Assembly (NCBI GenBank): GCA_964522265.1
Contig: CAZFVS010000063.1
Location: 1-6,191 of the forward strand
Reading direction: 5' to 3'
DNA: 6,191 nucleotides
From: an uncultured Gammaproteobacteria bacterium
GTDB taxonomy: Bacteria; Patescibacteriota; Microgenomatia; Daviesbacterales; UBA10151
Shown: positions 5,971 through 6,191 of the stretch, in pieces
How positions within the stretch are numbered: position 1 is the stretch's first letter
Layout of the letters: each line of letters begins with the position of its first letter
Notes under the pieces: generated by a model
Databases searched by the model: none
Seen by the model: the letters and a program-made list of their open reading frames with translations, nothing else
What the model was told of the DNA's origin: nothing
Made by a program: the position numbers and the translations under genes

Positions 5971-5994
5971 AATGCAATACTATAGTATAGCATT
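5971..5994. promoter_or_regulatory. 24-bp near-perfect palindrome AATGCaATACTA|TAGTATaGCATT (candidate operator)
   Basis: 11 of 12 positions pair; the only mismatch is 5976/5989. It begins at the nucleotide next to the ATG (5970) and covers the -10 hexamer (5984-5989). Confidence 0.5.
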
Positions 5995-6011
5995 GGGAGG
6001 TTTGCTGTCAA
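5984..6011 (-). promoter_or_regulatory. Near-consensus sigma70-type promoter for the 113-aa / 244-aa / ATPase unit
   Basis: Read on the minus strand: TTGACA (6011->6006), a 16-nt spacer, then TATACT (5989->5984). 13 nt separate the -10 box from ATG 5970, with no Shine-Dalgarno. It shares the 9-mer CAGTTGACA with the HTH-gene promoter (plus-strand TGTCAACTG at 6006-6014 and 918-926). Confidence 0.6.
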
Positions 6012-6036
6012 CTGTGCCTTAAGAAATTAGTTAGTT

Positions 6037-6129
6037 TTTCCCAGTGTCATTCCCGCGAAAGCGGGAATCCATCCTAAAAAGATGGATCCCGGATCAAGTC
6101 TGGGATGACAAAGAAGTAATTCTGGGAAA
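6037..6129 (+). repeat. Compound palindromic, cloverleaf-forming element (REP/MITE-like repeat or small structured RNA)
   Basis: The 66-nt core (6045-6110) folds into a four-way junction with no unpaired junction nucleotides:
- outer stem 6045-6050/6105-6110 (6 bp)
- arm 1, 6051-6056/6061-6066 (6 bp, GAAA loop)
- arm 2, 6067-6073/6081-6087 (7 bp, 7-nt loop CTAAAAA)
- arm 3, 6088-6093/6099-6104 (6 bp including one G-T pair, loop TCAAG)
The core is flanked by a perfect 8-bp inverted repeat, TTTCCCAG (6037-6044) / CTGGGAAA (6122-6129). The GNRA loop and the G-U wobble favour the plus strand if it is transcribed. Confidence 0.6.
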
Positions 6130-6191
6130 CTCTGAATGAGTTTGGTGCAAAACTCCTGGTAGGTTGATTTGACAAGTTAAAAGGCAACTGA

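Noticed and set aside
6045-6110. Calling the cloverleaf a tRNA gene (7-nt middle loop C-T-AAA-A-A, third loop ATCAAGT resembling a T loop)
   Set aside because: The arm lengths are wrong: 6-bp acceptor, 6-bp first arm with only a 4-nt loop, 7-bp middle stem. There are no junction nucleotides (positions 8, 9, 26 and the variable loop). The conserved D-loop GG, the discriminator and the CCA context are all missing. It is tRNA-shaped in topology only.
6169-6174. Consensus TTGACA on the plus strand near the right edge as a promoter for a downstream gene
   Set aside because: The expected -10 position (~6192) lies beyond the window, so it cannot be evaluated.
1-6191. CRISPR array, tandem repeats, transposase/integrase, reverse transcriptase, rRNA
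   Set aside because: I scanned both strands by eye. I found no regularly spaced direct repeats, no long tandem repeats, and no ORF with DDE, tyrosine/serine recombinase or RT (YxDD) motifs.

Overview
This is a 6.2-kb, moderately AT-rich bacterial window using the standard genetic code; TAA, TAG and TGA all act as stops at sensible ORF ends. I support five real ORFs in three transcription units.

(1) Minus strand, 50-883: a 277-aa XRE/Cro-type HTH protein. It is transcribed divergently from unit 2.

(2) Plus strand, 980-3325: a 781-aa protein that reads as a tandem calcineurin-like metallophosphoesterase. The N-terminal copy has its metal ligands substituted. The C-terminal copy keeps an Mre11/SbcD-like motif set (GDIFH, GNHE, GHWHH).

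(3) A minus-strand unit behind a near-consensus sigma70-type promoter (TTGACA-16-TATACT, 5984-6011). It encodes a 113-aa unknown protein (5629-5970), a 244-aa unknown domain (4847-5581) and a 486-aa FtsK/HerA/TraD(VirD4)-superfamily P-loop ATPase (3327-4787).

The 244-aa and 486-aa ORFs look like one ~750-aa gene interrupted by a -1 frame change. The change falls inside a 73-nt two-frame overlap containing a T8 run, which is an in-phase U_UUU_UUU slippery heptamer.

Other directly visible structure:
- back-to-back divergent promoters whose -35 hexamers form an inverted repeat (918-937)
- two minus-strand promoters with identical geometry that predict near-leaderless mRNAs and have no Shine-Dalgarno
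- a 24-bp near-perfect palindrome over the -10 box and abutting the start codon at 5971-5994
- a canonical G-quadruplex motif at 3509-3529
- a 93-nt fully base-paired cloverleaf-like palindromic element at 6037-6129

I see no rRNA, canonical tRNA, CRISPR array, transposase, integrase or reverse transcriptase.

The most system-like reading is an uncharacterised regulator + pseudo-dimeric Mre11-like nuclease + HerA/TraD-like ATPase module, possibly a DNA-processing or defence island. This is inference only: the nuclease and ATPase genes are convergent, not co-transcribed. All family assignments come from motifs read by eye and need HMM or structure searches.
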